64,000 bases of DNA from an uncultured Planctomycetota bacterium. Its GTDB lineage: Bacteria > Planctomycetota > Planctomycetia > Isosphaerales > Isosphaeraceae. Positions 47,439 through 59,877 of the stretch are shown one piece after another. The notes under the pieces are model-generated. The model did no database searches, was not told the origin of the DNA, and saw only the letters and a list, made by a program, of their open reading frames with translations. The translations under genes and the position numbers were made by a program. The DNA lies in the NCBI GenBank assembly GCA_963737655.1, contig CAVTTN010000002.1:5856001-5920000 (forward strand), in the 5' to 3' direction. How positions within the stretch are numbered: the first letter of the stretch is position 1; every line of letters starts with the position of its first letter.

Positions 47439-48716
47439 GTGCCCCGCAAGCCCCGCGTCCCCTCCTACCGCCGCCACAAGGGCCGCAACCTGGCCGTCGT
47501 GGTCATCCAGGGCCGCTCCCACTACCTCGGCCCCTGGAACTCCCCCGAGAGCCGGGCCGAGTACGCCCGGGTCGTCCGCGAGTGGGCCGCCCGCCAGGGC
47601 CAATCCCCTCCCCCTCGCGCCGCCCGCGAGGGCGGCCCGGCCCCCGACCCCACGGTCGACGAGGTGCTGGTGGCGTTCCTCCGGCACGCCGCCGTCCACT
47701 ACCGCGACCGCGACGGCCGGCCGACCCGGGAATTCGAGAACGTCCGCGAGGCGGTCAAGCCGCTCCGCCGGCTCTACGGCCACACCCCGGCCGCGGACTT
47801 CGGCCCGCTGGCCCTGCACGCGGTCCGTGACGAGATGGTCGCCTCGGGCCTCGCCCGGACGACCGTCAACGCCCGGGTCGGCCGGGTCCGCCGGGCCTTC
47901 AAGTGGGCCGCCTCGGTGGAGATGGTCCCCGGCTCGGCGAGTCGGGCCCTGGAGGACGTCCAGGGCCTCCGCGCCGGTCGGACCGAGGCCCCCGAGACCG
48001 ACCCGGTGGAGGCCGTCCCGCTCGACCGGGTGGAGGCGACTTTGCCGCACCTGACGCCGACCGTGGCCGCGATGGTCCGGGTCCAGTTGCTCTCGGCCTG
48101 CCGGGCGGGCGAGGTCATGGCCATGACCACCCGCGAGATCGTCCCCGGGGAGCCGGCCTGGACGTCCCGCCCGGGCCGGCACAAGGGCACATGGCGGGGC
48201 AAGGGGAGGGTCGTGGCGCTGGGCCCCAGGGCCGTGGAGGCCCTCCGGCCGTTCCTCCGGCCCGACGAGCCGGACCGCCCGCTGTTCTCGCCGGCCGAGG
48301 CGACGGCCGCGTACCGGGCGGGACGGGCCGCCGCCCGGAGGACGAAGCGGACCCCCTCGGAGCTGGCCCGCCGGGCCGTCGGGGTGCCGAGCCGCCCGCC
48401 GGCCGACCGCTACGACCGCCGGGGGTATCGCCAGGCGATCGTGCGGGCCTGCGACCGCGCGTTCCCGCACCCGACGCTCTCGACGATCCCGGCCGACAGG
48501 CTCTCCCCCGAGCAACGCGCGGAGTTTGTGCAGTGGCGGGACCGTCACCGTTGGTCGCCGCTGCAGCTCCGCCACGCCGCGGCGACGGCGATCCGGGCGC
48601 GGTACGGGCTGGAGGCCGCCCAGGTCGTCCTGGGCCACGCCAAGGCCGACGTGACCCAGGTCTACGCCGAGCGGGACCTCACCCGGGCCGTCGCGGTCAT
48701 GGCCGAGTTCGGCTGA
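47439..48716 (+). CDS. Tyrosine recombinase / island integrase
   Basis: CRAGE, LRHAAAT, LGHAKADVTQVY catalytic motifs; directly after the tRNA. Confidence 0.92.
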   Translation: MPRKPRVPSYRRHKGRNLAVVVIQGRSHYLGPWNSPESRAEYARVVREWAARQGQSPPPRAAREGGPAPDPTVDEVLVAFLRHAAVHYRDRDGRPTREFENVREAVKPLRRLYGHTPAADFGPLALHAVRDEMVASGLARTTVNARVGRVRRAFKWAASVEMVPGSASRALEDVQGLRAGRTEAPETDPVEAVPLDRVEATLPHLTPTVAAMVRVQLLSACRAGEVMAMTTREIVPGEPAWTSRPGRHKGTWRGKGRVVALGPRAVEALRPFLRPDEPDRPLFSPAEATAAYRAGRAAARRTKRTPSELARRAVGVPSRPPADRYDRRGYRQAIVRACDRAFPHPTLSTIPADRLSPEQRAEFVQWRDRHRWSPLQLRHAAATAIRARYGLEAAQVVLGHAKADVTQVYAERDLTRAVAVMAEFG

Positions 48717-50024
48717 CGCCGGGCCGCTTCCCACGGGTGGGGACGGCCGTCGGCCGAGCGACGGGGTGGAAGCCGCTTCCACGCCGTCGCGGCCGAACGT
48801 CGGGTGCTCATGCTTGCTCTCCGAGGCGATTCGGCCTGCCCACGCCCGGGTCGGAAGTCCCACGACCACCTCCGCCGAGGGGCTCACCGGGGCGTCGACC
48901 GGCCGCGGGGCGGAAGCCGCTTCCACCCCGATCCCGGCGGCGCTGCTCCGGGACGCGGGGAGGAGGCCGTCGGGCCGCTGCTTCTCCGAGGCCCCCGGCG
49001 ATCGCCGCCCGGTGGGACCGGGCCCCGCACCCGGCTTGCCATCCGTGGCCGCGGTCCCGAATAATGGGGTCGTCCCCGCGTCGCGAGGGGGGGCGAGGAG
49101 GCGCACGCCCATGACGGACGAGGCGGCGGGCCGCGAGGCGTTCGAACGGTTCCGATCGGCGTACGAGGTCGGCGACCGGAGGCTCCGCTGGCCCATCGGC
49201 CCTCTGAGCCTCCGCCCCGCCGGCCGATCGCGGTTTGGCGACCGGCCCTCACCGGCCCTTCGGAATCGCCGCCGGACGGCCGCCGGCTCGGGGCCTGGCT
49301 CCGACGCCCCCGCCGTCGAGGCCGTGATGGATCTCGCCGAGGAAGCCGCACCGATCAGGCGAGACCGCATGGCGCGGCGGACCGGCGGACCGGCCCGACC
49401 GGACGCATGCGTCCGCCGCCGAGCCCCCGCCGTACGGGGCACCCGACCGAGCCGAGGCTGCGGGGTCGGGGCCCCGATTGCGAAGACATCGTGCCGGCCC
49501 TCGACCGGGTGCGTCGTTCGGTATGGCGGACCGGAGCCTGCAAGGCCGACTCCGGCACGCCATCGGAAGCGGACGTTCTCGACCGGAACCCGGTCATGGC
49601 CTTCACCTTTGGAGGAAGGCTCCGAGTCGTCCGCTCAAGCCTACCCACCGCTCGATGACTCCGGCCGTTGTGCGATTCCTTCTTTCCCTTGGCCCGGGTC
49701 TTCGGGCCGAGCCAAGGCCCCCGCCCGTGACGGTCAGCCGCTGTGGTCCGGCGGCAGGGCCGCCAGTCCTTCGAATTATTTCGGCACGGGGGGAGCCACG
49801 CCGTCGCTACCACTTTGATAGTACGTTGCCGTACCAGTCGCTGAAGAACGGCCAGGCGGCGATGGCGATCATCTCTACCAGCATGGCGTCCGCAACTTCC
49901 AGGTCCTGAGCACGGCGGGCACGAGTGGGCGGACTGGCGGCGGTACCTCCACCAGACCGCCCGGGTCATGTTCCCGGAGGACCGCAAGGATTGACGGTAA
50001 CATGGCCGCCGGCCGGGAGTTCCC

Positions 50025-50528
50025 ATGGTGAGCGGGCACGATCTGGCGAAGCGGCTCCGGGCCGCCTACCTGGCGCTGCACCGGCGGACGAACGCCGCGT
50101 TGGTCGAGTCCGGCGTCACGGCCGACCAGTTCGTCTTGCTCACGGCGCTGGCCGAGGGGGACGGCGTGACGCAGAAGGACCTGGTGGGCCGGACCGGCTC
50201 GGACCCGAACACGATCAGCGAGATGCTGGCCCGGCTGGAGAAGAAGGGGGTTGTCGCCCGCGAGCGGCACGCCGAGGATGGCCGGGCGCGGATCGTGACG
50301 CTGACGCCGTGCGGGCGGGGGGTGCAGGCCGGCCTCTGGGAGCGGACCGTACCGCTGCGTGCGGAGCTGGAGTCCCTCTTCTCGCCGGAGGGCCTGGGAC
50401 GCCTGACCCGCGGGCTCGGCCGCATCGCGACGGCGTTCGGCCCGCCCGCGACCGACCCGGCGGGCGGCCCCTCTCCCGAGGCCCTTCCGACGAGGCCGAC
50501 CGCCCGCACCGAGGCACCCGAGAGTTAG
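50025..50528 (+). CDS. MarR-family regulator
   Basis: TADQFVLL, TQKDL, LEKKGVVAR...DGRARIVTLT. Confidence 0.9.
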   Translation: MVSGHDLAKRLRAAYLALHRRTNAALVESGVTADQFVLLTALAEGDGVTQKDLVGRTGSDPNTISEMLARLEKKGVVARERHAEDGRARIVTLTPCGRGVQAGLWERTVPLRAELESLFSPEGLGRLTRGLGRIATAFGPPATDPAGGPSPEALPTRPTARTEAPES

Positions 50529-50603
50529 CCGTCGCCCGGTCGTGGAGTTCGCCTCCCACACATCGCCGTGACTTCCCTTCCCATCCGACGAGGACAAACC
50601 CGC

Positions 50604-51767
50604 ATGAGACCCGCCACCCGGATGCTCCTCACGGCGACGCTGCTCGCGGTCGCCCCGGCCGCGGCCCCCGCGCAGCAAGAGCGGCCCCGCGCCCCGACGG
50701 GGCCGGTGCGTTCGCCCGAGGTCGCGAAGGACGGCCGCGTCACCTTCCGCTTCCGGGCGCCGAATGCCCAGCGAGTGATGGTGGCCCGCGACGGCGCCCC
50801 GCCCTCGGCGATGGAGAAGGGCGAGCAGGGCGTCTGGACCCTGACGACCGACCCGCTGCCGCCGGACCTCTACCCCTACACCTTCAACGTCGACGGCACG
50901 ACGCTGGCCGACCCGGCCAACCCGCTCGTGAAGCCGATCGTGATGGGCGGGAATCAGAGCCTCGTCCACGTCCCCGGCGGCGACGACCTGAGCTGGGAGG
51001 TCCGCGACGTGCCCCGCGGGACGCTGCACCACCACTTCTACAAGTCCGCGATCGCCGGGGAGGGGCGAGACTATTACGTCTACACGCCGCCCGGCTATGA
51101 TCCGGTCGGCCAGGCCGACTATCCCGTCCTCTATCTCCTGCACGGCATCACCGACGACGCCAGCGCCTGGACGAACGCCGGCCGCGCGCATGTCATCCTC
51201 GACAACTTGATCGCCCAGGGGAAGGCGAAGCCGATGCTCGTGGTCATGCCGCTCGGGTACGCCTTCCCCGACGTCCCGCGGAACATCTTCAGCCAGGTGC
51301 GCGACCCATCTTCCTCGCGTCAGGCCATGGAGAAGTTCTCGGCCACGGTCCTCGACGAGCTGATCCCCGCGGTGGAGAAGGCCTACCGCGTCGCGAAGGG
51401 GCGCGACTCGCGGGCGATCGCCGGGCTCTCGATGGGCGGCGCCCAGTCCATTTATATCGGCCTGAACCACCCGGACCTGTTCGGTTGGGTCGGCTCCTTC
51501 AGCGGCGGGTTTGTCCTTTACAACAACGAATATGCCGGCTACTTCCCCAAGCTGGACGGGGACGGGGCGTCAAAGCCTCGGCTCGTCTGGCTGGCGTGCG
51601 GCAAGGAAGACTTCCTGATCGAGCCGCACCGCAAGTTCGAGGCGTGGCTCAAGGACAAGGGCGTGAAGTTCACCTCGAAGGAGACGCCCGGGGCCCACAC
51701 CTGGATGGTCTGGCGCCGCTACCTGACCGACCTGGCGCCCCTCCTGTTCCGCGACGCGAAGTCCTGA
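50604..51767 (+). CDS. Secreted esterase (N-terminal Ig/CBM48-like plus alpha/beta hydrolase)
   Basis: [24 protein letters not shown]. Confidence 0.9.
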   Translation: MRPATRMLLTATLLAVAPAAAPAQQERPRAPTGPVRSPEVAKDGRVTFRFRAPNAQRVMVARDGAPPSAMEKGEQGVWTLTTDPLPPDLYPYTFNVDGTTLADPANPLVKPIVMGGNQSLVHVPGGDDLSWEVRDVPRGTLHHHFYKSAIAGEGRDYYVYTPPGYDPVGQADYPVLYLLHGITDDASAWTNAGRAHVILDNLIAQGKAKPMLVVMPLGYAFPDVPRNIFSQVRDPSSSRQAMEKFSATVLDELIPAVEKAYRVAKGRDSRAIAGLSMGGAQSIYIGLNHPDLFGWVGSFSGGFVLYNNEYAGYFPKLDGDGASKPRLVWLACGKEDFLIEPHRKFEAWLKDKGVKFTSKETPGAHTWMVWRRYLTDLAPLLFRDAKS

Positions 51768-51806
51768 GTCGATCCCGCACGGTCCCATCAACCTCCGGAG
51801 GTCCAC

Positions 51807-53000
51807 ATGTTCTCCAGGCGATCCTCCCCGCTCGCCGCGTCCCTCGCCCTGGTCGCCCTGGCCGCCCTCGTCCCGACTCGGGCCTCGGCCCAGGCGCCGC
51901 AGCGACGGCCTACCCCGAACGACGGACTGAAGTCCACCGAGGTGGCGTCCGACAAGAAGGTGACTTTCCGCATCTACGCCCCGAAGGCCGACGACGTCTC
52001 CGTCGGCGGCGACTTCGGCCAGGGCGGCAAGATGACCAAGGATGAACAGGGCGTCTGGTCGCTGACCGTCGGCCCGCTCACGCCCGACTTCTACAGCTAT
52101 TCCTTCACGGTCGACGGCGTCCGCACCGTCGACCCGAAGAACGCGATGGTCAAGCAGGGCGTCTCCAGCCTCGACAGCATGTTCCTCGTCCCGGGCGACG
52201 AGGCCGAGTTCGAGGCGACGAGGGACGTGCCCCACGGCGAGGTCCGGGCCGTCTGGTACCGCTCGGGAACGCTGGACGAGCCCCGCCGGATGCACGTCTA
52301 CACGCCGCCCGGGTACGAGGGGGGCGACGCGAAGTACCCGGTCTTCTACCTCCTGCACGGCGGCGGCGACGAGGACAGCGGCTGGAGCACGATCGGCCGC
52401 GCCGGCTTCATCCTCGACAACCTGATCGCCGCCAAGAAAGCGGTCCCGATGCTCGTCGTCATGCCCAACGGCAGCCTCCCCCCGCCGAAGGACATGCCCG
52501 CCCGCCCGGCCCCCGGCGAGACCCCTTCGGCCGAGTTCCGCGCCGCGATGGAGAAGATGCAGAACCGCTTCACCGACGAACTGCGGAAGGAGGTCATCCC
52601 GGCGGTCGAGAAGACCTTCCGCGTCCAGGCCGGCCGCGAGAACCGAGCCCTGGCCGGCCTGTCGATGGGCGGCGGCCAGACCCTGCGCGTGCTCGTCACG
52701 CACCCCGAGGAGTTCGCCTACGTGGGGATCTGGAGCGCCGGCATCTTCGGCGGCAACGCCGAGGCATGGGAGAAGCAGAACGAGGACTTCCTCGCCGAGA
52801 AGGGCAAGGCCAACGGCGCGATCAAGCGCCTGGAGATCGTCGTCGGCGACCAGGACTTCGCGCAGCCGGGCTCGAAGGCCCTCGCCGAGATCCTCAAGAA
52901 GCGTGGGATCGATCATGACCTGCGGATCACCGGCGGCGGTCACACGTGGATCAACTGGCGCCACTACCTGAACGAGCTGGCGCCGAAGCTGTTCCGGTAG
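51807..53000 (+). CDS. Secreted esterase, tandem paralogue
   Basis: [26 protein letters not shown]. Confidence 0.9.
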   Translation: MFSRRSSPLAASLALVALAALVPTRASAQAPQRRPTPNDGLKSTEVASDKKVTFRIYAPKADDVSVGGDFGQGGKMTKDEQGVWSLTVGPLTPDFYSYSFTVDGVRTVDPKNAMVKQGVSSLDSMFLVPGDEAEFEATRDVPHGEVRAVWYRSGTLDEPRRMHVYTPPGYEGGDAKYPVFYLLHGGGDEDSGWSTIGRAGFILDNLIAAKKAVPMLVVMPNGSLPPPKDMPARPAPGETPSAEFRAAMEKMQNRFTDELRKEVIPAVEKTFRVQAGRENRALAGLSMGGGQTLRVLVTHPEEFAYVGIWSAGIFGGNAEAWEKQNEDFLAEKGKANGAIKRLEIVVGDQDFAQPGSKALAEILKKRGIDHDLRITGGGHTWINWRHYLNELAPKLFR

Positions 53001-53259
53001 GGATCGCCCGATCGATCCGGCCCGAGACGAGGCCATCGGTCCGGGAGGCGTCCGCGCGGCCCCGGTCCGATGGCATCGTCTCGGTGGCTCCGACGGCCTC
53101 CGCGCCGGCCGGCTCCCGAACGCGGAGGTCCTCCATGCCACGCGGCCTCGGTCCGGGATTCGGCCGACGTCGATGCCGGGGCGGGGCGGGGGCGAGCGAC
53201 GTCGTGCGATGGGCCCCGGACGGCCCGGCATGCCCCCGGCGATGGAGGCGGACCAATCG

Positions 53260-54558
53260 ATGCTCGCGACCCTGGGCCTGCTGACGATCCTCACGCTGCT
53301 GGCGGCCGTCCTCTCCCGGCGGATGTCGCCGCTGGTGGCGCTGATCGCGGTCCCGACGGCCGCCTCGCTCCTGGGCGGGTTCGGCCCGAAGACGGGCGCC
53401 TTCATGGTCGCCGGGATCCGCGAGGTCGCCCCCGTGGCGGGCATGTTCGTCTTCGCCATCCTCTACTTCGGCATCATGACCGACGCCGGCCTGCTCGACC
53501 CGATCATCGACCGCATCCTCCGCGTGGTCGGCTCCCGGCCGACGCGCATCGTCCCCGGCACGGCGCTGCTGGCCCTCCTGATCCACCTCGACGGCTCCGG
53601 CGCGGTGACCTTCCTGGTGACGATCCCGGCGATGCTGCCGGTGTACGATCGGCTCGGGATGGACCGGCGCATCCTCGCCGGGGTCGCCTCGCTGGCCGCG
53701 GGGGTGAACTTCCTCCCCTGGACGGGGCCCATGATCCGCGCCTCGGCGGCCCTGGGCATCCCCGCGTCCGACCTGTTCCGCCCCCTCGTCCCCGTCCAGG
53801 CGATCGGCCTGGCCTACGTCTTCGCGGTCGCCTACTGGCTCGGCCGACGCGAGGCGAGGCGGCTCGGGCTGGGCGATCGACCCGATTCCGCCCCGGCCGC
53901 CCGGCGCGAGCGGACGGAGGCGGAACGGGCCGTCCGACGGCCGAGGCTCTTCTGGGTGAACCTCGCCCTGACGATCGGCCTGATGGGGGCGATGGTGGCG
54001 GGGAGGCTAGAGCCCGTCGTGGGGTTCATGGCCGGGGTCGCCGTGGCGCTCGTCATCAACTATCCCGGCGCGGCCCTCCAGCGCGCCCGGGTCGAGGCGC
54101 ACGCCCCGGCCGCGCTCCTGATGGCGAGCATCCTCTTCGCCGCCGGCGCGTTCACCGGCATCATGCGGGGCACGGGCATGCTCGGCGCGATGGCACGGGC
54201 CTCCGTCCAGTTCCTGCCGGCGGAGCACGCCCACCACTTGCCGTTCTTGCTCGGGCTCGCCTCGATGCCGCTGAGCTTGCTGTTCGACCCGGACTCGTTC
54301 TACCTCGGGGTCCTGCCCGTGATGGCGGAGGCCGGCGTGTTGCGGGGGGTGGACCCATCCCAGCTCGCCCAGGCGGCGCTGCTGGGGCAGATGACCACCG
54401 GCTTCCCCGTCAGCCCGCTGACCCCGGCGACCTTCCTGGTCGTCGGCCTGGCGCGGATCGACCTGGCCGAGCATCAGCGGTTCGCCGTGCCTTACCTCCT
54501 CGGCGCGTCGGTCCTCATGACCTTCGCCTGCGTCGCCCTCGGCGTCTTCCCGTTCTGA
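53260..54558 (+). CDS. CitMHS-family citrate transporter
   Basis: [41 protein letters not shown]. Confidence 0.88.
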   Translation: MLATLGLLTILTLLAAVLSRRMSPLVALIAVPTAASLLGGFGPKTGAFMVAGIREVAPVAGMFVFAILYFGIMTDAGLLDPIIDRILRVVGSRPTRIVPGTALLALLIHLDGSGAVTFLVTIPAMLPVYDRLGMDRRILAGVASLAAGVNFLPWTGPMIRASAALGIPASDLFRPLVPVQAIGLAYVFAVAYWLGRREARRLGLGDRPDSAPAARRERTEAERAVRRPRLFWVNLALTIGLMGAMVAGRLEPVVGFMAGVAVALVINYPGAALQRARVEAHAPAALLMASILFAAGAFTGIMRGTGMLGAMARASVQFLPAEHAHHLPFLLGLASMPLSLLFDPDSFYLGVLPVMAEAGVLRGVDPSQLAQAALLGQMTTGFPVSPLTPATFLVVGLARIDLAEHQRFAVPYLLGASVLMTFACVALGVFPF

Positions 54559-54590
54559 ACCCGGTCGGCCTCGCGGCCAGGAATGCTCCC

Positions 54591-55928
54591 ATGAAGACGG
54601 TCCGGATCGGCGCGGGCGCGGGGTACTCGGGCGACCGCATCGAGCCGGCGGTCGAGCTGGCCGAGCGGGGCGACCTCCGATACCTGGCCTTCGAGTGCCT
54701 GGCCGAGCGGACCATCGCCCTCGCGCAGCAGGCGAGGCTGCGGGACCCCGCCCTGGGGTGCGATCCTCTCCTGGAAGAGCGGATGGAGGCGGTCCTGCCC
54801 ACCTGCGCCCGCCAGGGCATCACCATCCTCACCAACATGGGGGCGGCCAATCCGCTCGCCGGCTCGGCCGTGATCAAGGAGGTCGCGCGACGCCGCGGCC
54901 TGGGCCGGCTGGTGATCGCCACGATCACCGGGGACGACATCCTGCCGGAGATCCTGCGCGGGGATTATGCCCTCCTGGAGACCGGCGAGCCCGTCGCCGC
55001 GCTCGCCGGTCGGCTGGTCTCGGCGAATGCGTACCTCGGCATTTCGCCCCTGCTGGAGGCCCTTGGTCGCGGGGCCGACGTCATCCTCACCGGCCGGGTG
55101 GCCGACCCGGCCCTGTTCCTCGCCCCGCTCGTCCACGAGTTCGGCTGGGGCCTGGACGACTGGGACCGGCTCGGCCAGGGGACGGTCGTCGGCCACCTGC
55201 TCGAATGCGCCGGCCAGGTCACCGGCGGCTACTTCGCCGACCTCGATCGCAAGCAGGTCCCCGACCTGGCGAGGCTCGGCTTCCCCCTGGCGGAGGTCGG
55301 CGAGGACGGCTCGGCCGTCATCACCAAGGTCCCCGGCTCGGGCGGACTCGTGACGCTCGCCACTTGCAAGGAGCAGCTTCTCTACGAGATCCACGACCCG
55401 GCCGCGTATCTCACGCCCGACGTGACGGCCGACTTCACCGGGGTCACCCTGACGGATGCGGGCCTCGACCGGGTCCTGGTTCGGGGCGGCACCGGCCGCG
55501 CCAGGCCCTCGCACCTCAAGGCGTCGGTGGGCTACCGCGACGGGTTCATCGGCGAGGGCCAGATCTCCTACGCCGGTCCCGACGCCGTGGCCCGCGGCCG
55601 GCTCGCGCTGGAGGTCGTCGCCCGGCGGCTGGAACTCGCCGGCGTGGCCGCCGAGGAGATCCGCTTCGACCTGATCGGTCTCGACGCCGTCCTGGGCCCG
55701 CGTGCGTCTGCCGCCGGCCATCCGTCGGAGGTCCGCGTGAGGGTGGTGGCCAGGACATCGACCCTGCGGGAAGCCGTCCGCATCGGGAACGAAGTGGAGG
55801 CGCTCTACACCAACGGGCCCGCCGCCGGGGGCGGCGTGACCCGATCGGCACGAGAGGTCATCGCGATGTCATCGACCCTCGTGCCCCGGGACCTGATCCG
55901 ACCGGTCGTCCATTACGAGGCCACCTGA
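54591..55928 (+). CDS. AtuA-family (DUF1446) protein
   Basis: GAGYSGDR, ECLAERT, NAYLG, GHLLEC, EQLLYE, YTNGPA. Confidence 0.92.
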   Translation: MKTVRIGAGAGYSGDRIEPAVELAERGDLRYLAFECLAERTIALAQQARLRDPALGCDPLLEERMEAVLPTCARQGITILTNMGAANPLAGSAVIKEVARRRGLGRLVIATITGDDILPEILRGDYALLETGEPVAALAGRLVSANAYLGISPLLEALGRGADVILTGRVADPALFLAPLVHEFGWGLDDWDRLGQGTVVGHLLECAGQVTGGYFADLDRKQVPDLARLGFPLAEVGEDGSAVITKVPGSGGLVTLATCKEQLLYEIHDPAAYLTPDVTADFTGVTLTDAGLDRVLVRGGTGRARPSHLKASVGYRDGFIGEGQISYAGPDAVARGRLALEVVARRLELAGVAAEEIRFDLIGLDAVLGPRASAAGHPSEVRVRVVARTSTLREAVRIGNEVEALYTNGPAAGGGVTRSAREVIAMSSTLVPRDLIRPVVHYEAT

Positions 55929-55929
55929 C

Positions 55930-56242
55930 ATGAAGCTCGGCACCCTGGCCCACGCCGCGCACCGGCGACAAGGGCGACACGTCCAACGTCTCGGTGATCG
56001 CCTTCGACCCGGCGGACTACCCCCACCTGGAGCGCCACGTCACGGCCGACCGCGTGCGCGCGCACTTCGCCGGGGTCGTCGCGGGCCAGGTCGTCCGCTA
56101 TGCGATGCCGAAGGTCGGGGCGCTGAACTTCGTCATGCACCGCGCCCTGGGAGGCGGGGTCACGCGGTCGCTGGCTCTGGACGCACACGGCAAGTGCCTC
56201 AGCTCGCTGATCCTCGACCTCGAGGTCTCCGATCGCGAATGA
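55930..56242 (+). pseudogene. AtuA-related small protein with a +1 frameshift
   Basis: MKLGTLAHA, then RTGDKGDTSNV...ALGGGVTRSLALDAHGK in the next frame (shift near 55955). Confidence 0.8.
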
Positions 56243-56475
56243 CGACTCCGACGGTTGGATCGATCGAAGACCGCCCGGATGGCTCCTCGCACCCGGGGAC
56301 CGGGCGAGGGCCCCCGAAGGAGAGTGTCCCGACGCGACACGCGATCGCTGAGAGTTGCACCGTCTCGGCGCTCATGGACGTGACCACCGGTCGCGGCATG
56401 GATACAATCGCTGCCCGCGGCGGGTGGCGGTCCGCGTCGGACGGCTCCCGTTGCGACACGACCCCGGAGGCGATC

Positions 56476-56736
56476 ATGAAGGCGATCCTCTCGATGGCGT
56501 TGGTCCTCGGGGCATGCAACCTGGCGGGCGCGGCGGACGACAAGGCGGCCGATCCGGTCGGGACGTGGCAGTGCAGTTACGAGATCGGCGGGCAGCAGCG
56601 GACGGCCACCCTGACGGTCAAGGAGGAGGGGGACGGGTACGTCGGGACCATGAGCTGGCCGGACCAGAAGGACGAGAAGGTCAAGAACCCGAAGTTCAAG
56701 GATGGGAAGTTGATGTTCTCCGCCGTGCGGAAGCTC
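56476..56736 (+). pseudogene. Secreted hypothetical protein truncated by IS
   Basis: Signal peptide; ADPVGTW; interrupted at GGTGGTGTCC. Confidence 0.6.
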
Positions 56737-57920
56737 GGTGGTGTCCGGTAGCCGTTGAAAAGGATTCTACCGATGGGTAGGCTGGTCGTCCAGGAGTTGA
56801 GCCACCTTCACGGACCGGCCCGCGACACGCCATGCCCACCGACGACCTCGCCCGCTTCTGCTGCCAGAACCCCGACTGCGACACCTACGGCCGGCGGGGC
56901 GAGGGGAACATCCTCGTCATCGACCGCTTCGGGAAGGCCCGCCACCGGCTGCTCTCCTGCCGGGACTGCAAGGCCCGCTTCTCCGAGTTCAAGGGGACGC
57001 CGTCCTTCAACTCCAAGCTGCCCCACGACAAGGTCCTGGCGGTCCTGGAGCACCTGGCCGAGGGCTGCGGCGTGCGGCAGACCGCCCGGCTGGTGGGGGT
57101 CGACAAGGACACCGTCACGCGGCTGGCCCTGCTCGCCGGTCGGCACGCCAAGGGCGCCGACGACGAGCTCGTCGGCTCTTCCCCCCGAGACCCGCGAGGT
57201 CCAGCTCGATGAGAAGTGGGCCTTCGTGGGCAAGAAGCAGAAGAATTGCGACCCGGGCGACCCAGCCGACGACGACCGCGGCGACGCCTGGGACTTCGTG
57301 GCCTACGACCCGGAGCATCGGTTGGTCCTGGCGGTGGTCCCCGGGGCGAGGACGGTCGAGAATGCCGAGGCGATCGTCGCCGAGGCCAAGGGACGGCTGG
57401 GCGGCCGGGCCCCGGACCTGATCACCAGCGATGAGTTCGCGGCCTACCCGAAGGCGATCGAGGCCGCGTTCAGCGAGCCGGTGCCGGCCCCGCGGAAGCG
57501 GAAGCCGGGACGGCCTCGGCTCCCGCCGAGACGTCGCCTGGCGGCCGGCCTGAACTACGCGACGGTCCACAAGCATCGCGAGAACAACCGGGTGGTCGCG
57601 GTCGAACGGCGGCAAGTCTTCGGGACCCAGGACGGCCTGGACGAGGCGCTGGGGCGATCCGCGGTCAGCTCCCGAGTGAACACGTCGTTCCTGGAGCGTC
57701 AGAACGGGTCCGACCGGGGCCGCAACGCGCGGAAGTGCCGCAAGACCTACCGGTTCAGCAAGGACTGGGGGGTCCACGAGGCGATGACGTACCTGACGAT
57801 GTACGGCGACAACTCCTGCTGGTGCGTGAGGACGCTGCGGATCAAGGACGCCAAGAGGCGTTGGCGGGTGCGAAGTCCGGCGATGGCCGCGAAGCTGACG
57901 GATCATGTGTGGACCTGGCG
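56737..57920 (+). mobile_element. IS1-family element with two overlapping frames; right end missing
   Basis: CQNPDC...CRDC plus HTH (56832-57212); second frame QLDEKWAFVGKK...ITSD...LERQN...FSK; TTCCCCCC at the junction. Confidence 0.75.
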
Positions 57921-58818
57921 AGATTCGTGCTCGGCTTCATCGCGATGCCCTCGTCGAGCGAAGCCCGGACTCGAAGGTCACCCTGCCGGCGGCGAGGCGA
58001 CCGAGGAGGCCGGGCGGGGTCGTGGCACCGGCCCCAAGTCGCTCCGTCATCGTCCTGTGGATTCGCGTTTTCGGCGACGGTGGCCCGGCCTCCGCTCGGC
58101 GGCCCAATCTCGCCATTTTACGTGCACTGTAGTACATTAACCAGGGCTCGGTCCTCAAGCTGCCGTGCGCCCGGGCCCGCCTCCCCGGGATCGCGAGGGT
58201 GATCGGGCCACGGCGTCGACCCTCGGCGGGGCATCGAAGGGCCCGAGGCCGCGACCGAACCGGTCCCGGGCGCTGTTCCCGCGGCGAGGCAGGAGGCCCT
58301 CCGGGGGCTTCCCGAGGCTTCGAGACCGGACGGCCGGTGTGGGCCGGGGATCGCTCCTGCGTGGAGCCGGGGCCGCCACACGCGATACTCGGAGGGATGG
58401 CCGATGCTGAGCCGACGATACGGCCGGGAGTGCCGCCGGGTGACCATGCACCGGCAGACCCGCGTGCCCCTCTCCGACGGGGCGAAGGTCCGCTTGCCGC
58501 CGGCGTGCGAGGACTGCCGGTCCCGCGACGAGCCGGCCCCGGCCCCCGAGGCGGCCCGGGGGCCGGCCGCTCCTGCCTCCTCGAGGGGAGGACCGTGAGC
58601 CTCGCCGGCCCGCCGATCGGGCCGCGTGGCCGGCCTCGGGCGTGGCCGCATCTCGGGCCGGCGGCGCCGGATCGGCCTCCTCGCCGACGGCCGCCGTCGT
58701 GCGGACGAGCGTCGACGGCCCGTGCGGGCGGGGCCCCGGGCCGCCGGACGCGGCGAGTCCCTCGCTCGCCCGACGCCGCCCGCCCCCCGGCCGGACGGGC
58801 CGTGGCGTGCCCTACGCG

Positions 58819-59877
58819 TCAACGGGTCCGGTGATAGCCGTTGCCGCGGCAGTGTCCGCAGGGCTTCCCGTCCTTGAGCGTGGTCCCGTCGCAGCCCAGG
58901 CACAGCTTCCACTGCATCGGCCCGGGCCGCTCGACGAACGACCGGATCGCGACGGCCTCGGGCGTGTCCCAGCCCGACTGCCCCTTCTTGACCAGGGCGG
59001 ACAGGTCCTTGAGGGTCTGGGCCATGGTCGGCAGGGCACGGGCCCGCCGGTACAGCAGGGCGGCCATTTGATAATTCTCCCGGGCCTGGCCCCTGAGCTT
59101 CGGGAGCAGGGGCAGCTCGGCCAGGTATTGCTCGTCGGACTTCTCGTCGTCCCGGACCACCACGGGGGCGGCCGGAGGGGACGCCGCTCCGACCTCCTCG
59201 GGGGTCGGGCCCGACGGGTCGATCGAGGCCTCGGGCCGCGGCTCCCGCGACCCGGCCGCAAGCCCCGGGGCCCGGCGGGGCGGGGGCCTCAGCGCCGCCT
59301 CGGGGCGGCCGCCCGCCCCCTCGAGCTGCTGGCGGACCTGGTTCACCAGCGTGTGCCCGACCCCGAGGTGGCGGGCGATCCGCCGATTCGACCACCCCGC
59401 CCACTCCGGGTCGGCGAGCAGGGTCAGGACCGCCTTGCGGAGGTCGGCGGAGGTCCGCCGCCGGCCCGACCGGTCGTGGGCGGCGTTGGCCGCGAGGCCG
59501 AAGAGCAGGGCCTCCCGCCTTCCCCCCGGCCGGAGCGTCGCCGCGATCGATGGCCGGCCCAGCCTCCGGGCCGCGGCGACCCGGTGGAAGCCGTCGGCCA
59601 GCCAGGCCCGGCCGTCGGCGTCGAAGAAAGCGGCGACCGGGGGGAAGGCGTCGCCTTGCCGCATGGCCTCGGCGTAGTTCTCCACCAGCCCGTCGTCCAC
59701 CTCGGCCCGGGCCGACATCCCCGGGTCGAGGACCAGCCTGCCGAGGGCCACCTCCCGGTCCTGACCCGGCCCGAAGTCCGGCGGGGCGTCGGGGTCCGCC
59801 GCCTCCACGCCCCCTCCCGGGACCGCCTCGCCCTCGAACACCGGACCTCCGTCTTTGGTCGCGACACCTCGTCGCAT
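58819..59877 (-). CDS. ParB-like N-terminal domain plus HTH plus C-terminal Zn-finger protein
   Basis: YAEAMRQGDAFPPV...LADGFHRVAAA; WSNRRIARHLGV; CLGCDG...CGHCRG. Confidence 0.75.
   Translation of the reverse strand: MRRGVATKDGGPVFEGEAVPGGGVEAADPDAPPDFGPGQDREVALGRLVLDPGMSARAEVDDGLVENYAEAMRQGDAFPPVAAFFDADGRAWLADGFHRVAAARRLGRPSIAATLRPGGRREALLFGLAANAAHDRSGRRRTSADLRKAVLTLLADPEWAGWSNRRIARHLGVGHTLVNQVRQQLEGAGGRPEAALRPPPRRAPGLAAGSREPRPEASIDPSGPTPEEVGAASPPAAPVVVRDDEKSDEQYLAELPLLPKLRGQARENYQMAALLYRRARALPTMAQTLKDLSALVKKGQSGWDTPEAVAIRSFVERPGPMQWKLCLGCDGTTLKDGKPCGHCRGNGYHRTR

Noticed and set aside
47439..48716. Integron integrase serving the array
   Set aside because: It is tRNA-linked, about 10 kb from the array, and of island type; I could not see the IntI-specific insertion.
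53070..55928. 952-aa ORF as a single fusion protein
   Set aside because: The first half is an off-frame overlap of the CitMHS gene; the AtuA-like protein starts at 54591.
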